Shown in pieces: positions 1 to 10,266 of a stretch of 64,000 nt of DNA (positions are counted from its first letter, which is position 1; every line of letters starts with the position of its first letter). The notes beneath the pieces were generated by a model. The model made no database searches. It worked only from the letters and a program-made list of their open reading frames with translations, and was not told the DNA's origin. This stretch comes from Bacteroidales bacterium. Its GTDB lineage: Bacteria > Bacteroidota > Bacteroidia > Bacteroidales > UBA12077. The translations under genes were made by a program, and so were the position numbers. The DNA lies in contig JANQHR010000049.1 of assembly GCA_028282585.1 (NCBI GenBank), forward strand, positions 1-64,000. Reading direction: 5' to 3'.

Positions 1-54
1 TTTGCAAGGAGTTAGAAAATAGAAGATAATTTCCAAATCATAACTCCTGATTTT

Positions 55-1758
55 TTACATAGTATATTTTCTTTTTCTTAGATATGCTACTAAAAAGGCA
101 AAAACAATTATAAATAGTACTGGGAAAACAGTATTAATAACTTGCCAACGAGTTCTTTCGTTCTGGATTTTTGTTTTATCAAGTAACCGCAGTTTAAATT
201 CACGTGAACGCATATCTAGAATTCCTCTTTCATCCACTAAATAATGAACTGCGTTCATTACAAATTCTTTGTTTCCATAAGTTTGTTTTGTATATCGATC
301 ATAACCCAGAGGTGTTATAAATATCCCATCAGCTCTTGGTCGAATATCATTTCTAATAATATCTGCGTCAGATACAACAATCATCTTAGTTGATTCACTA
401 GTTTCCTTAAACTTAAATTGAAATCCTTTTATATATTTATCGATCAATCTATTTTTGAATACCGATTCAAAATTTCCCTCCAAAATCACCGCAATTGGAT
501 TATTTGGCATTACAAATGTAGCCTGATCGGGTTGTTTACTCACTTCTCTTAAACTCACTAATAACGGAATATTAAGTACTTTTGAACTATAAGAAGAAGC
601 AAGAATAACTGTCTTAATAACTGCTTCATTATTTCCAACTATATCTAAAACGCTGGGGAATTCTGACTTAATCATATTTAAATTCTTTGTTATCGGATTA
701 TTATCCAAACCATTTAACAAAGGAAAATATAACCAAGGAGCTGGTGCAAATTTAGGTTGAGTACCACTAACCGATGTATTTACAGGGATAACAGCACATT
801 GGATATCCTGAATAATATTTGGATTTACGCGAACTCCATACTTAAATAACTGATCATTTAAATTAATCTCATTCATTAAAGCAAATGTTGAGCCTCCTGT
901 TGACAAGCTATCCATACTAACCTGAATGGATTCTATAAACCAAAGTACTTTACCTCCTTTCATAATATACTGGTCAACAATAAATTTACTTTTTTCAGTA
1001 TATTCTTTTGTTGGCCCTGCAATTATTATTGCATCATATGGATCAAGAATATTTATATAATCTTTAATTGTCACTCTATCAATATCGTAGTATTCACTTA
1101 ATGAGCGTGTAATATCTCCAGTTTTATACTCGTCTAGTTCTCCCTGTCCTTCTATAAAAGCAATTCTTTTTCTTTGTTTCGCGGTAATTTTTCTAATTGC
1201 ATCAACAAATTCATATTCAAGCGATTGGATCGAATTATTTAAGTTTACTTCTGCAGACAATCCGGGATTATTTACCAAAAAATTAACCGGAACTTCCCTA
1301 TCTTTATAAGTTATGATAGCTCCGGGGAATAAGATCTTTTCAGCAAGACCTCCCTCTTCATCCCTATCTTTAACATTAGTTGGATCTAATCCTCTTTCAT
1401 ATAAATCCTGATACATTGCATTTCTTTCAGCTTCAATATTCGACTCAGATGGATTTTTAAACTGATACTGAATACTGCTCCCTGCAACTACTCTGAATTC
1501 ATCCATTAATTCATGAATTGATTTTTGCATTCGCTGAAAACCAATCGGCATTTCTCCATCTAAATAAACTTCGATATAAACCAAATCATCCAATGAATCC
1601 AAAATCTCATGCGTAGCTTTTGAAAGCGTATATCTTTTATCTGCAGTAAGATCTAAACGAAAATAAACATTTGAAGAAATATAATTGATAATTAAAATAA
1701 TCATCAATGTTATAAAAAGTTGAATTATATTTTGTGTTTTTAAATTCTTTTTCATCAT
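55..1758 (-). CDS. gldG: Gliding motility-associated ABC transporter substrate-binding/auxiliary protein GldG
   Basis: 567 aa; N-terminal TM, RLDLTADKRYTLS motif, GNKEFVMNAVHYL, C-terminal TM; directly downstream of gldF. Confidence 0.93.
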   Translation of the reverse strand: MMKKNLKTQNIIQLFITLMIILIINYISSNVYFRLDLTADKRYTLSKATHEILDSLDDLVYIEVYLDGEMPIGFQRMQKSIHELMDEFRVVAGSSIQYQFKNPSESNIEAERNAMYQDLYERGLDPTNVKDRDEEGGLAEKILFPGAIITYKDREVPVNFLVNNPGLSAEVNLNNSIQSLEYEFVDAIRKITAKQRKRIAFIEGQGELDEYKTGDITRSLSEYYDIDRVTIKDYINILDPYDAIIIAGPTKEYTEKSKFIVDQYIMKGGKVLWFIESIQVSMDSLSTGGSTFALMNEINLNDQLFKYGVRVNPNIIQDIQCAVIPVNTSVSGTQPKFAPAPWLYFPLLNGLDNNPITKNLNMIKSEFPSVLDIVGNNEAVIKTVILASSYSSKVLNIPLLVSLREVSKQPDQATFVMPNNPIAVILEGNFESVFKNRLIDKYIKGFQFKFKETSESTKMIVVSDADIIRNDIRPRADGIFITPLGYDRYTKQTYGNKEFVMNAVHYLVDERGILDMRSREFKLRLLDKTKIQNERTRWQVINTVFPVLFIIVFAFLVAYLRKRKYTM

Positions 1759-1767
1759 CTTAAACTT

Positions 1768-2499
1768 TTACCATTTTCTACTTTGTAAAATGGTTTTGGT
1801 AATTAAAAGGAAAAAAGCTATAGCGCTTACAAAATAAATCATATCGCGACTATCAATTACGCCACGACTCATCGACTTATAATGTTCATTAATACCCAGA
1901 TTAATAATCAAACCATCAATGCTTTTAAACAAAGCTAATTCACTTAGATAGTCAAAGCCAATGTAAACTATGAAACATAATAACATTCCAACAATAAAAG
2001 CAATAATCTGATTTTCTGTAAAAGATGATGATAAAACACCAATAGCAACATAGATGGCTGCCAGAAAAAATAATCCAATAAACGATCCCCAGGTCCCTCC
2101 TGTATCAATACTTCCAACTGGATTACCAAGTTGATAAACAGAATAGAAATAAATTAATGTTGGTAAGATTGAAAATAAAACTAACACCAAACCTGCCAGA
2201 TATTTTGCAATTATTATTTGAAAATCAGATAATGGGCGTGTTAATAATAATTCAATTGTTCCGGATTTCTTCTCATCGGCAAACATCCTCATAGTTACAG
2301 CAGGAGCCAAAAACAAAAATACCCACGGAGAAATGGTAAATAATGTATCTAAGGTAGCGTAGCCTGAATCCAAAACATTATTTGCACCTGGAAAGATCCA
2401 CATAAATAAGCTATTAATGATCAAAAAAACTATGATAACAATATAGCCTGTGAGTGAACTAAAAAATCCGCTAATTTCTTTCTTTAAAAGCGTATACAT
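1768..2499 (-). CDS. gldF: Gliding motility-associated ABC transporter permease GldF
   Basis: 243 aa multi-TM; KKEISGFFSSLTGY, MRMFADEKKSGTIELLLTRP, SMSRGVIDSRD. Confidence 0.95.
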   Translation of the reverse strand: MYTLLKKEISGFFSSLTGYIVIIVFLIINSLFMWIFPGANNVLDSGYATLDTLFTISPWVFLFLAPAVTMRMFADEKKSGTIELLLTRPLSDFQIIIAKYLAGLVLVLFSILPTLIYFYSVYQLGNPVGSIDTGGTWGSFIGLFFLAAIYVAIGVLSSSFTENQIIAFIVGMLLCFIVYIGFDYLSELALFKSIDGLIINLGINEHYKSMSRGVIDSRDMIYFVSAIAFFLLITKTILQSRKW

Positions 2500-2520
2500 G
2501 GTTTATCTATTATTTGAACA

Positions 2521-2528
2521 CAAATTTA
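2521..2528 (-). promoter_or_regulatory. Bacteroidota sigmaA -7 box (TAAATTTG) for gldF-gldG
   Basis: Matches TAnnTTTG about 22 nt upstream of the gldF ATG. Confidence 0.6.
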
Positions 2529-2591
2529 GCTTTAATATTTTTTAATCAAAATCAAGTGTTAATTTTGTATTTCATTTTCCAAAACAACTCA

Positions 2592-3692
2592 ATGTTTAGA
2601 AAACGATATATTATATTTTTCATTGTTTTAGTTTTTCCTTTCATAGCTAAATGTCAATTTAAGAAGATAATAGATAAAGGCATTGGAATTGAAGCAGATT
2701 ATGGATATGGATTTATTGTACCACATCATAAATCAATTGAATACATGCTTGAAGATCATATTCAAACTTTTGACCTAAAAGTACCTTTTCCTACCTATGG
2801 AAGCAAACATTGGAACGAACTATATCGTTATCCATATTACGGTTTCGGTTATTATCACTCAAACCTCGGGAATGACAAGGTTTATGGGAAAGTAAATGCC
2901 TTGTATTCTTATGTAAAAGTTCCATTCATAGGAAAATATGATAAAGCTAATTTGAGCTGGCAAATAGCGTTTGGAGCCTCATACATAAATAAATACTTTG
3001 ACATCGATAAAAATCCTCAAAATTTAGCTATTGGATCAAACCTGAACATTTATATTGATTTTAGTTTACAAGCAAGAATACCGTTATCAAAACAAATTTC
3101 TTTAATGAACAGCGTTCGATTTACCCATGTTTCAAACGGAAAAGTTAAATCGCCTAACAAAGGATTAAATCTAGTATCTGCGTCTCTGGGCATCTATTAT
3201 CAATTGAAACAAACCCCTGAGATTATAATAACTGATGATCCTGAAATTGATGACAAAAATGAATATACGGTTGTTTATGCGGGTGCAATAAAATCAAAAT
3301 CAAGATATGAACCAGGCTATTTTTATGCATCCTCATTAATGTTTGACTATAACAGAAATTACTCATTTAAAGGCAGGTGGGGAGGTGGAATAGATCTATT
3401 TTTCGATGAAACAAATGAACAATATTCAGATAATAAAGAAAGCGCAAATATATTAAACTCAGACTTATATCAGTTAGGTCTTCATATTGGTCATGATTTG
3501 GTAATGGGAAGATTATCGTTAGTGGTAAATGTTGGTGGATATTTATATGCTCCTGTCAAAGTAGATGCTCCAATTTATAGCAGAATTGGTTTAAGGTATC
3601 GAGTGAAAGATAAATTTATTATCAACTATACGCTTAAATCCCATTGGGCAAAGGCTAGCTATATTGAATGGGGAGTAGGATACGTATTATAA
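2592..3692 (+). CDS. Acyloxyacyl hydrolase / PagL-like outer-membrane beta-barrel protein
   Basis: Start moved from TTG 2514 to ATG 2592 (MFRKRYIIFF signal peptide); FTHVSNGKVKSPNKGLN motif; C-terminal EWGVGY. Confidence 0.75.
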   Translation: MFRKRYIIFFIVLVFPFIAKCQFKKIIDKGIGIEADYGYGFIVPHHKSIEYMLEDHIQTFDLKVPFPTYGSKHWNELYRYPYYGFGYYHSNLGNDKVYGKVNALYSYVKVPFIGKYDKANLSWQIAFGASYINKYFDIDKNPQNLAIGSNLNIYIDFSLQARIPLSKQISLMNSVRFTHVSNGKVKSPNKGLNLVSASLGIYYQLKQTPEIIITDDPEIDDKNEYTVVYAGAIKSKSRYEPGYFYASSLMFDYNRNYSFKGRWGGGIDLFFDETNEQYSDNKESANILNSDLYQLGLHIGHDLVMGRLSLVVNVGGYLYAPVKVDAPIYSRIGLRYRVKDKFIINYTLKSHWAKASYIEWGVGYVL

Positions 3693-3706
3693 TTTAAAGA
3701 TTAGAA

Positions 3707-4429
3707 ATGAAAAAGTTTTTTTACATCTTGCTGTTATCTGTTACATTTTCATGTGATGATGCCTTATTTAATGCTGGTGACGAAGTAACAAAGGAGATTG
3801 AAATCTCATATTTTAAAGAAATACATGTAAATGATATTTTCGAAATTTATTTAATTCAATCCAGCGAATGCAAAATTACAGCGAAAGGAGGTAGTAATTT
3901 ATTGCCAAAGCTGGAATTTAAAGTTGATGAAAATAAAAAACTAACTATTTCCAATAATAATAAAGCTCGCTGGTCGAGAAATTATGACAAAATTGAATTA
4001 TATATTTCCGTTGATACTTTAAACTTCTTAAGGCTAAATGAGCCTTGTAAAGTAATCACACAAAACAGTTTAACAACTGCAAACTTCAATATATGGTCAA
4101 TTGCAGATTATGCTGAGTTTGATATTAATTTAGAAGGAGTTAACTTCTATTTTGTTAATAGCGGAACTTCCGGTGGAATTTTAAATCTTAACGGGCAAGT
4201 TTCGAACTTCTCTTTTTGGGCTAGAGCGTCATTTAAAGTTAATGCAAAAAACTTAATCGCCGACTATGTCACAGTAAAAAATGAAAGTATCGGAGACTGC
4301 AGTGTACATGTAAATAAAGATTTAAACGTAGAGATCCTATTAGATGGAAAGGTCTATTATAAAGGCAATCCGGAAAACATTGAATATGTTAATGACCGAG
4401 CTAAAAATCTATTATTTAAAATTGATTAG
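3707..4429 (+). CDS. DUF2807 / GIN-domain (adhesin-head-like) lipoprotein
   Basis: Lipobox LSVTFSC; C-terminal GKVYYKGNP typical of the family. Confidence 0.75.
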   Translation: MKKFFYILLLSVTFSCDDALFNAGDEVTKEIEISYFKEIHVNDIFEIYLIQSSECKITAKGGSNLLPKLEFKVDENKKLTISNNNKARWSRNYDKIELYISVDTLNFLRLNEPCKVITQNSLTTANFNIWSIADYAEFDINLEGVNFYFVNSGTSGGILNLNGQVSNFSFWARASFKVNAKNLIADYVTVKNESIGDCSVHVNKDLNVEILLDGKVYYKGNPENIEYVNDRAKNLLFKID

Positions 4430-5004
4430 TTTTTACTGAAATAACTTTTTGATAAAACCATAAAAACGTCATTTCCTGCACCATAGTCTCCTTCGCCATA
4501 TAAACTGATAAAGTGCTGTTTATAATATCTTTCTAAATCCGGTTTTTCTATTTTAAAGCCTGCTTTTTTGTATGATTTTATTGCAGGAATATTTTTATTT
4601 GAGGGTCGCATTATTATTTTTTCATATCCTGATTCGAACATTAGATTAGCAAGTTGAACGACACCTTTTAAACCAATTCCTTTTCCGGTAAATTCCATAC
4701 TACTTAACCAGATATCAAACTCTGATATACCTGGTTTCAGGTGATAACTTGTATACGAAATATGTCCAATATCAGAACCATCTAAGGTTATTATAAAGCT
4801 TTGACCCTTTTCTTTTGAAGAACCATCAAAAAAAAACTTTTCATAATCTTTCTGAAAATCTTCAAAAGATGGTATGGATTCTTTGTTTATTCCTTCTAAT
4901 GCAATTAAAAACGGAGAAATATCTGAGTAATAATACCATCGATATACATTATACCAGTCATCAAGTATTGCCTCCCTAATTTTTACATCTATATCATTAA
5001 TCAT
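4426..5004 (-). CDS. GNAT family N-acetyltransferase
   Basis: FTGKGIG acetyl-CoA motif; NIPAIKSYKKAGF. Confidence 0.85.
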   Translation of the reverse strand: MINDIDVKIREAILDDWYNVYRWYYYSDISPFLIALEGINKESIPSFEDFQKDYEKFFFDGSSKEKGQSFIITLDGSDIGHISYTSYHLKPGISEFDIWLSSMEFTGKGIGLKGVVQLANLMFESGYEKIIMRPSNKNIPAIKSYKKAGFKIEKPDLERYYKQHFISLYGEGDYGAGNDVFMVLSKSYFSKN

Positions 5005-5006
5005 TT

Positions 5007-6128
5007 TTAATTTGTTAGATAATTATAAACTAGTTGGGCAACTCTTTCGGAAGCACCTGTTCCACCTAATACTTCTCGAAGATTTTCGTAATCTTTAAGC
5101 ATTCTATATCGATTCTTTTCATCAAAAACAACTTTATCCAATTCTTCTTTTACCTTATTAGTATTCATATTAAACTGAATAAGTTCTTTAACAACTTCAG
5201 AATCCATGATTAAATTTACTAATGAGATATAGTTTAGTTTTACAAACTGTTTTGCGATATAGTATGACAAGTTTCCGGCACGGTAACAAACTACTTGAGG
5301 CACATTAAACAATGCAGTCTCAAGAGTTGCTGTACCCGATGTTACCAAAGCTGCTATTGAATGTCTTAAAGTATCATAAGTCTGTTTGAAAATAACCTTT
5401 ACATTATATCCTTCCACAAACTTATCATAATATTCTGGCTCAATAGAAGGTGCTGCAGCAATTACAAACTGATAATCTTGGTAATGTGGAATTATCTCTA
5501 ACATAATTCCTAAATTTCTATCAATTTCCTGCTTTCGGCTTCCTGCTAGAATTGCAATTATTGGTTTATTTTCTAACTGATTTTTTACAATAAAATCTTC
5601 AAAACTTCCTTTTTCATCAATCTTTTCCTGAACAGCATCAAGTAATGGATTTCCTGCATAATCAACCGGATAATGATGTTTTTTGAAATATTCAACCTCG
5701 AATGGAAAGATCACAAACATTTTATCCACAAAAGCTTTGATCTTTTTAATTCTCGATTCTTTCCAGGCCCAAATTTTAGGTGATATGTAATAGTAAGTTT
5801 TTAATCCGATAGATTTGGCAAATTCTGCCATACGGAGATTAAAGCCAGGATAATCGATTAAAATTACTACATCTGGTTGATACTTTTGAATATCAGATTT
5901 ACACTCTTTTAAAAGTCTTTTTATTTTACCGAGATTTATTAAAACCTCGACAAATCCCATAATTGCTGTTTCTTTATAGTGTCTAACCAACTTCCCGCCT
6001 TGATCTTGCATTAAGTCACCACCCCAAACTCGAAATTCTGCATTTGGATCAACCAATTTTAAACCTTTCATAAGATTTGAACCATGTAAATCACCTGAAG
6101 CCTCGCCTGCAATAATATAATACTTCAT
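5007..6128 (-). CDS. lpxB: Lipid-A-disaccharide synthase
   Basis: IAGEASGDLHG, IDYPGFN, AGSRKQEI, SGTATLE. Confidence 0.97.
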   Translation of the reverse strand: MKYYIIAGEASGDLHGSNLMKGLKLVDPNAEFRVWGGDLMQDQGGKLVRHYKETAIMGFVEVLINLGKIKRLLKECKSDIQKYQPDVVILIDYPGFNLRMAEFAKSIGLKTYYYISPKIWAWKESRIKKIKAFVDKMFVIFPFEVEYFKKHHYPVDYAGNPLLDAVQEKIDEKGSFEDFIVKNQLENKPIIAILAGSRKQEIDRNLGIMLEIIPHYQDYQFVIAAAPSIEPEYYDKFVEGYNVKVIFKQTYDTLRHSIAALVTSGTATLETALFNVPQVVCYRAGNLSYYIAKQFVKLNYISLVNLIMDSEVVKELIQFNMNTNKVKEELDKVVFDEKNRYRMLKDYENLREVLGGTGASERVAQLVYNYLTN

Positions 6129-6422
6129 TTAAAGAGTAAATTTGGTGACAAAAACAAATATGGCAAATATTATAGTTGCTAACAAAACTCCTCGTGCAGA
6201 TCTATAAAGGTATTTATTTAGGAATAAGAAAAATAAAGCAAGATTTGGAATAACGCACAGACTCACAATTTTTGTAAATACTTTTTTCTCAACTAATAAA
6301 TTAACCAGTTCGGACAGTTTGTATTCAGTAAATTCCACAAAATAAATAACTACCATGGTAAGAATAGGTGCAAGTATGCCTAAAACTAATCCAAGTTGCA
6401 ATTTATCATATTTATATTTCAT
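6129..6422 (-). CDS. Small 3-TM membrane protein
   Basis: 97 aa hydrophobic; tightly coupled between surE and lpxB. Confidence 0.75.
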   Translation of the reverse strand: MKYKYDKLQLGLVLGILAPILTMVVIYFVEFTEYKLSELVNLLVEKKVFTKIVSLCVIPNLALFFLFLNKYLYRSARGVLLATIIFAIFVFVTKFTL

Positions 6423-7185
6423 AATTCCATTTTTTAAAGTAGTTCATTTTATCATGTGCTGTAAAATCTACTTCAACCGGAACTACCGAAATATAATTAT
6501 TGCTTAAAGCCCATTCATCCGTATCAGTTGATCCATTCTCTCGATTTTCAAAATATCCTGTTAACCAGAAATACTCACCGCTTCTTGGATCAACTCTTTT
6601 ATCAAACTCTTCTTTCCACATCCCTTTTGCCTGACGACAAACTCTTACTCCCTTTATCTCTTCCTTTTTTACCGCCGGCAAATTTACATTTAAACAAGTT
6701 GCCTCGGGTAAACCATTTTCTAATACATTTTGAACTATTTTTCTGCCATGATCGATAACCTGCGAAAAATCCGCATCGCTTGAATAATCCAATAAAGAAA
6801 ATCCCACAGATTGAATTTCATTCACACAACCTTCAATAACTGCTCCCATTGTACCCGAGTAGATAATACTAATAGAAGCATTTGATCCATGATTAATCCC
6901 CGAAACCAAAATATCAGGTTTACGGTGAAGCAATTCACCTATGGCTAATTTTACACAATCGACGGGTGTACCATTACAGGCGTAAACTTTTAAGTTTTCT
7001 TCTTCTCTTAACTTTTTAAATCTTAATGGAACTTTTACTGTAATTGCATGTGACATTCCTGAATTACCATGAAATGGAGCCATTACAATAACTTCTCCCA
7101 AAGGTTTTACCATTTCAATCAATGCAGCTATACCTTTTGCATTTATTCCATCATCGTTTGTTACAAAAATCAAAGGTTTGTTCAT
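6412..7185 (-). CDS. surE: 5'/3'-nucleotidase SurE
   Basis: VTNDDG, GTPVDCV, SGINHGSN, YSGTMGA. Confidence 0.97.
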   Translation of the reverse strand: MNKPLIFVTNDDGINAKGIAALIEMVKPLGEVIVMAPFHGNSGMSHAITVKVPLRFKKLREEENLKVYACNGTPVDCVKLAIGELLHRKPDILVSGINHGSNASISIIYSGTMGAVIEGCVNEIQSVGFSLLDYSSDADFSQVIDHGRKIVQNVLENGLPEATCLNVNLPAVKKEEIKGVRVCRQAKGMWKEEFDKRVDPRSGEYFWLTGYFENRENGSTDTDEWALSNNYISVVPVEVDFTAHDKMNYFKKWNYEI

Positions 7186-7212
7186 TTTGACTCAATTCAA
7201 TAGATTAATTAG

Positions 7213-7220
7213 CAAAGATA
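7213..7220 (-). promoter_or_regulatory. -7 box (TATCTTTG) for the surE-lpxB operon
   Basis: TAnnTTTG match upstream of surE. Confidence 0.6.
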
Positions 7221-7371
7221 CGCATTTAGCGTAAAGTTACAATGCAAGCAATAAATAAGCTAAAACATTAATATAATATTTAATTTACAGATAATATTGA
7301 AATTCAAATAATCCGAATTGAACTAAATAATTAGTATTCTGTTTATTTTTTAAAAAGTTAAAATAAACAAA

Positions 7372-8397
7372 ATGAAAAAAAGAGTTTTACTTACAGGCAT
7401 AAGTGGTTTTCTTGGTTCACATACCGCGATTCAGTTACTAAATAAAGGTTATGAAGTAATTGGAACAATAAGAAACTTAAATAGAGCTGATGACATCAAT
7501 AAAGTTATCTCGCACCATAGTTCTAACACCGACAACTTAATAATTGTTGAAGCTAACTTGTTAAATGAAAATATTTGGGTAAAGCTTACTAAAGATATTG
7601 ATTACGTAATGCATATTGCCTCTCCCTTTCCTAGAACTTTACCAAAAAATGATGAAGAACTTGTAATTCCGGCAAAACAAGGTACATTAAATGTTTTAAG
7701 GGCCGCATCTAAAAATGGAGTAAAAAGAATTGTAATTACTTCATCTAGTACGGCCGTATTATATGGTAAAGAAAAAAATAAAAGGGATGGTATATACACG
7801 GAAGAAGAGTGGACTGATGAAACAAATCTTAAAGATACAGCTCCTTACATTAGAAGTAAAACTATTGCCGAAAAGGCTGCCTGGGAGTTTATAAAAACCG
7901 ATAACAGCGGTTTAGAGCTTACAACTGTTTGCCCGGGAGCAATTTTAGGACCTGTATTAGAAAAAGATTTTGGTACATCTGCTAACATTGTAATTAAAAC
8001 AATGGATGGAAGTTCTCCAGCCATACCGCAGATTGGTTTTGAAATAGTTGATGTTCGGTCCGTTGCAGACTTACAAATTAGGGCAATGGAAATGAAGAAA
8101 GCTGCTGGTCAAAGATTTAATGCATCAGTTGGTTTTATGAAATTTAAAGAAATAGCAGACATTTTAAGAGTGGAATATCCTGATAAAAAGATTCCCAAAA
8201 AAACCTTACCAAATTTTATGACACGCTTTATTTCGAACTTTGAAAAGACTTTGAAACCAATATTAATTGATTTAAATGTCGAAAGAAAATTAGATAATTC
8301 AAAAGCTAAAAAATTATTAAGCTGGGAACCGATACCAAATAGAAAAGCGGTATTAGATTGCGCCGAAAGCGTAATAAATTTGGGTATACTAAAATAA
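7372..8397 (+). CDS. NAD-dependent epimerase/dehydratase family (aldehyde reductase / DFR-like extended SDR)
   Basis: TGISGFLGSH, HIASP, YIRSKTIAEKAAW (YxxxK). Confidence 0.9.
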   Translation: MKKRVLLTGISGFLGSHTAIQLLNKGYEVIGTIRNLNRADDINKVISHHSSNTDNLIIVEANLLNENIWVKLTKDIDYVMHIASPFPRTLPKNDEELVIPAKQGTLNVLRAASKNGVKRIVITSSSTAVLYGKEKNKRDGIYTEEEWTDETNLKDTAPYIRSKTIAEKAAWEFIKTDNSGLELTTVCPGAILGPVLEKDFGTSANIVIKTMDGSSPAIPQIGFEIVDVRSVADLQIRAMEMKKAAGQRFNASVGFMKFKEIADILRVEYPDKKIPKKTLPNFMTRFISNFEKTLKPILIDLNVERKLDNSKAKKLLSWEPIPNRKAVLDCAESVINLGILK

Positions 8398-8433
8398 GTT
8401 CATTTTCATTAAAACTTCTTGTTTTTAGGTTCT

Positions 8434-8462
8434 AAGTCACAAAGCGTACTTGTGGCTTTTTT
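8434..8462 (+). terminator. Intrinsic terminator
   Basis: AAGTCACAA-agcgtac-TTGTGGCTT followed by a T run. Confidence 0.6.
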
Positions 8463-8523
8463 AATTATTAGATTTTTACTACTTTCATCTATCAAGAATT
8501 TCAAACCAGATATTTAATGTAAA

Positions 8524-9324
8524 ATGAAAAAATCAGGCTTACTAGTTATTTTTCTTTTGTTAGTTCATTTAAATTTTGCTCAAATACCGAAAAATTTAGT
8601 TATTGAAGGAAATCGAATCTGGATACGTGAATATCCAAAAACAGGAAAAGTTGTTTTTACACTTGATGAAGGTTCCCTATGCAAAGTGCTTGAAAAAGGA
8701 GAAGAACAGATTATTCGTGGAAATCAGGATTTTTGGTATAAAATAGAATATGAAGAGAAAGTAGGTTGGGTATTTGGGTCACAATCTAATATTAAACAAA
8801 AGGCGTCAATTAATAATTTCCAACCATTTTTGGATTATTTTTTACAGAAAAATGTTTACGAAAATAATTTGAACCAATTAATCTATTCTAAATCGAAGAT
8901 TATAACCGGTTATATTCATCCGGAAATTGGTATTTCAAGATTGTATAACCCAGGCGTTGCTTGTGTAAAGTATAATTTTGAATACAATGATAATATAGGT
9001 GCTGGTAGTTATAAATCAAAAATACCTGACAATTTGAATAATTACTTTGCGCAACAATCACCTGCAGGTGGCTTTTGTGATGAATCGCAAAGCCAAGATG
9101 GCATTTATTACACGACAGTGGATGCTTTGCCTACCTTCGCAAATACAGATGATGAAGGAAATTATTTCTCGGAAGAGATTGCAATTCCTGAAAAATATAA
9201 AGATGAACTTATAGTTGTTGTAAATATCTTAGATAAAGGATGGATTTCCAGAATTATGTATTTTATGATAGCTGATGAGCAATGGTGGTTGGTTTTAATT
9301 GATGATTGTGATTGTTCAGCATAA
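8524..9324 (+). CDS. Secreted SH3b-domain protein
   Basis: Signal peptide; IWIREYP...WYKIEYEEKVGWVFGS; C-terminal DDCDCSA. Confidence 0.7.
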   Translation: MKKSGLLVIFLLLVHLNFAQIPKNLVIEGNRIWIREYPKTGKVVFTLDEGSLCKVLEKGEEQIIRGNQDFWYKIEYEEKVGWVFGSQSNIKQKASINNFQPFLDYFLQKNVYENNLNQLIYSKSKIITGYIHPEIGISRLYNPGVACVKYNFEYNDNIGAGSYKSKIPDNLNNYFAQQSPAGGFCDESQSQDGIYYTTVDALPTFANTDDEGNYFSEEIAIPEKYKDELIVVVNILDKGWISRIMYFMIADEQWWLVLIDDCDCSA

Positions 9325-9348
9325 AATAAGGTGAGCTTTAGCGCACCT

Positions 9349-10065
9349 CTATCTTTTTCTCACCTTAAATAATTGTTTAATAAACCCTTTCTCGAGAAAG
9401 CTATTCTTATCCAACTTACAAAGATTCTCAAACATAGGTTTTGTAACCGTAAAAGCTAAAATATCAGGAGGCAAATACTGGCGCATAGCCATATCCGTGG
9501 CACCAATAATTGCTTGTGGAACATTTAAATCTTTAAACAATGAAACCGATTGCATACATCCTGATCCGAATGGAGCAATTACAGGTTCCGGATCATTTAC
9601 CCTTGCGAAATATTGTGCACCGATCATTAACATACTTAATTGGTCAGGGTTTACTAAAAATGTGATGGTTTTAACATAACCATAAACCTCATCCTTTAAT
9701 GGTCCGTATAAAATAAATTCGTTTTCAGGCTGATAAGATTTTGAAACTTTTATCCATTCATCCATTAAATCACGATTAGCTTTAAGGCCTTCATCATCCG
9801 TTAAAAACTCGACGAAATCCTCATGTGCACGTGTTGGTTGGTTAAATATATGATGTGAGGCCCCTCCGCAACCGTAATTATTTTTTGTTAAAACAACAGT
9901 TTGACCCTTTAACCATTTTTTATAAAAAGAGTACATACAAGCATGCCCCAATTTATTTGGCCTTATAGTTGGTTCAAATACTTTCGTATCCGGTGCATCA
10001 TAAAATACTATTAATGGTTTGTCAATTCCTGTTTTTTCTAATAAATATGATGGGTTTGGAATCAT
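9349..10065 (-). CDS. DUF169 family protein
   Basis: GCGGA, FLVNPDQLS, APFGSGC, IGATDMAMRQYLP. Confidence 0.75.
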   Translation of the reverse strand: MIPNPSYLLEKTGIDKPLIVFYDAPDTKVFEPTIRPNKLGHACMYSFYKKWLKGQTVVLTKNNYGCGGASHHIFNQPTRAHEDFVEFLTDDEGLKANRDLMDEWIKVSKSYQPENEFILYGPLKDEVYGYVKTITFLVNPDQLSMLMIGAQYFARVNDPEPVIAPFGSGCMQSVSLFKDLNVPQAIIGATDMAMRQYLPPDILAFTVTKPMFENLCKLDKNSFLEKGFIKQLFKVRKR

Positions 10066-10221
10066 AACTTAGTGTTTTTAGTAAGTGATTAAAAATAAAA
10101 AATTAAATTCACATTACTTCAACCTTATTTCAATATCTTAGTAACAAACTTAATTTCTATGAATAGGATTCTCACTTAGCGAATTACCAGATTCAATTAT
10201 AATTTCCTGCCCAAATTTTTA

Positions 10222-10229
10222 TATTTTTG
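10222..10229 (+). promoter_or_regulatory. -7 box (TATTTTTG) for pheT
   Basis: TAnnTTTG match about 38 nt before the ATG. Confidence 0.55.
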
Positions 10230-10266
10230 CATTTCGTTAAATCGCAATCAGATAAAAAATTTAATA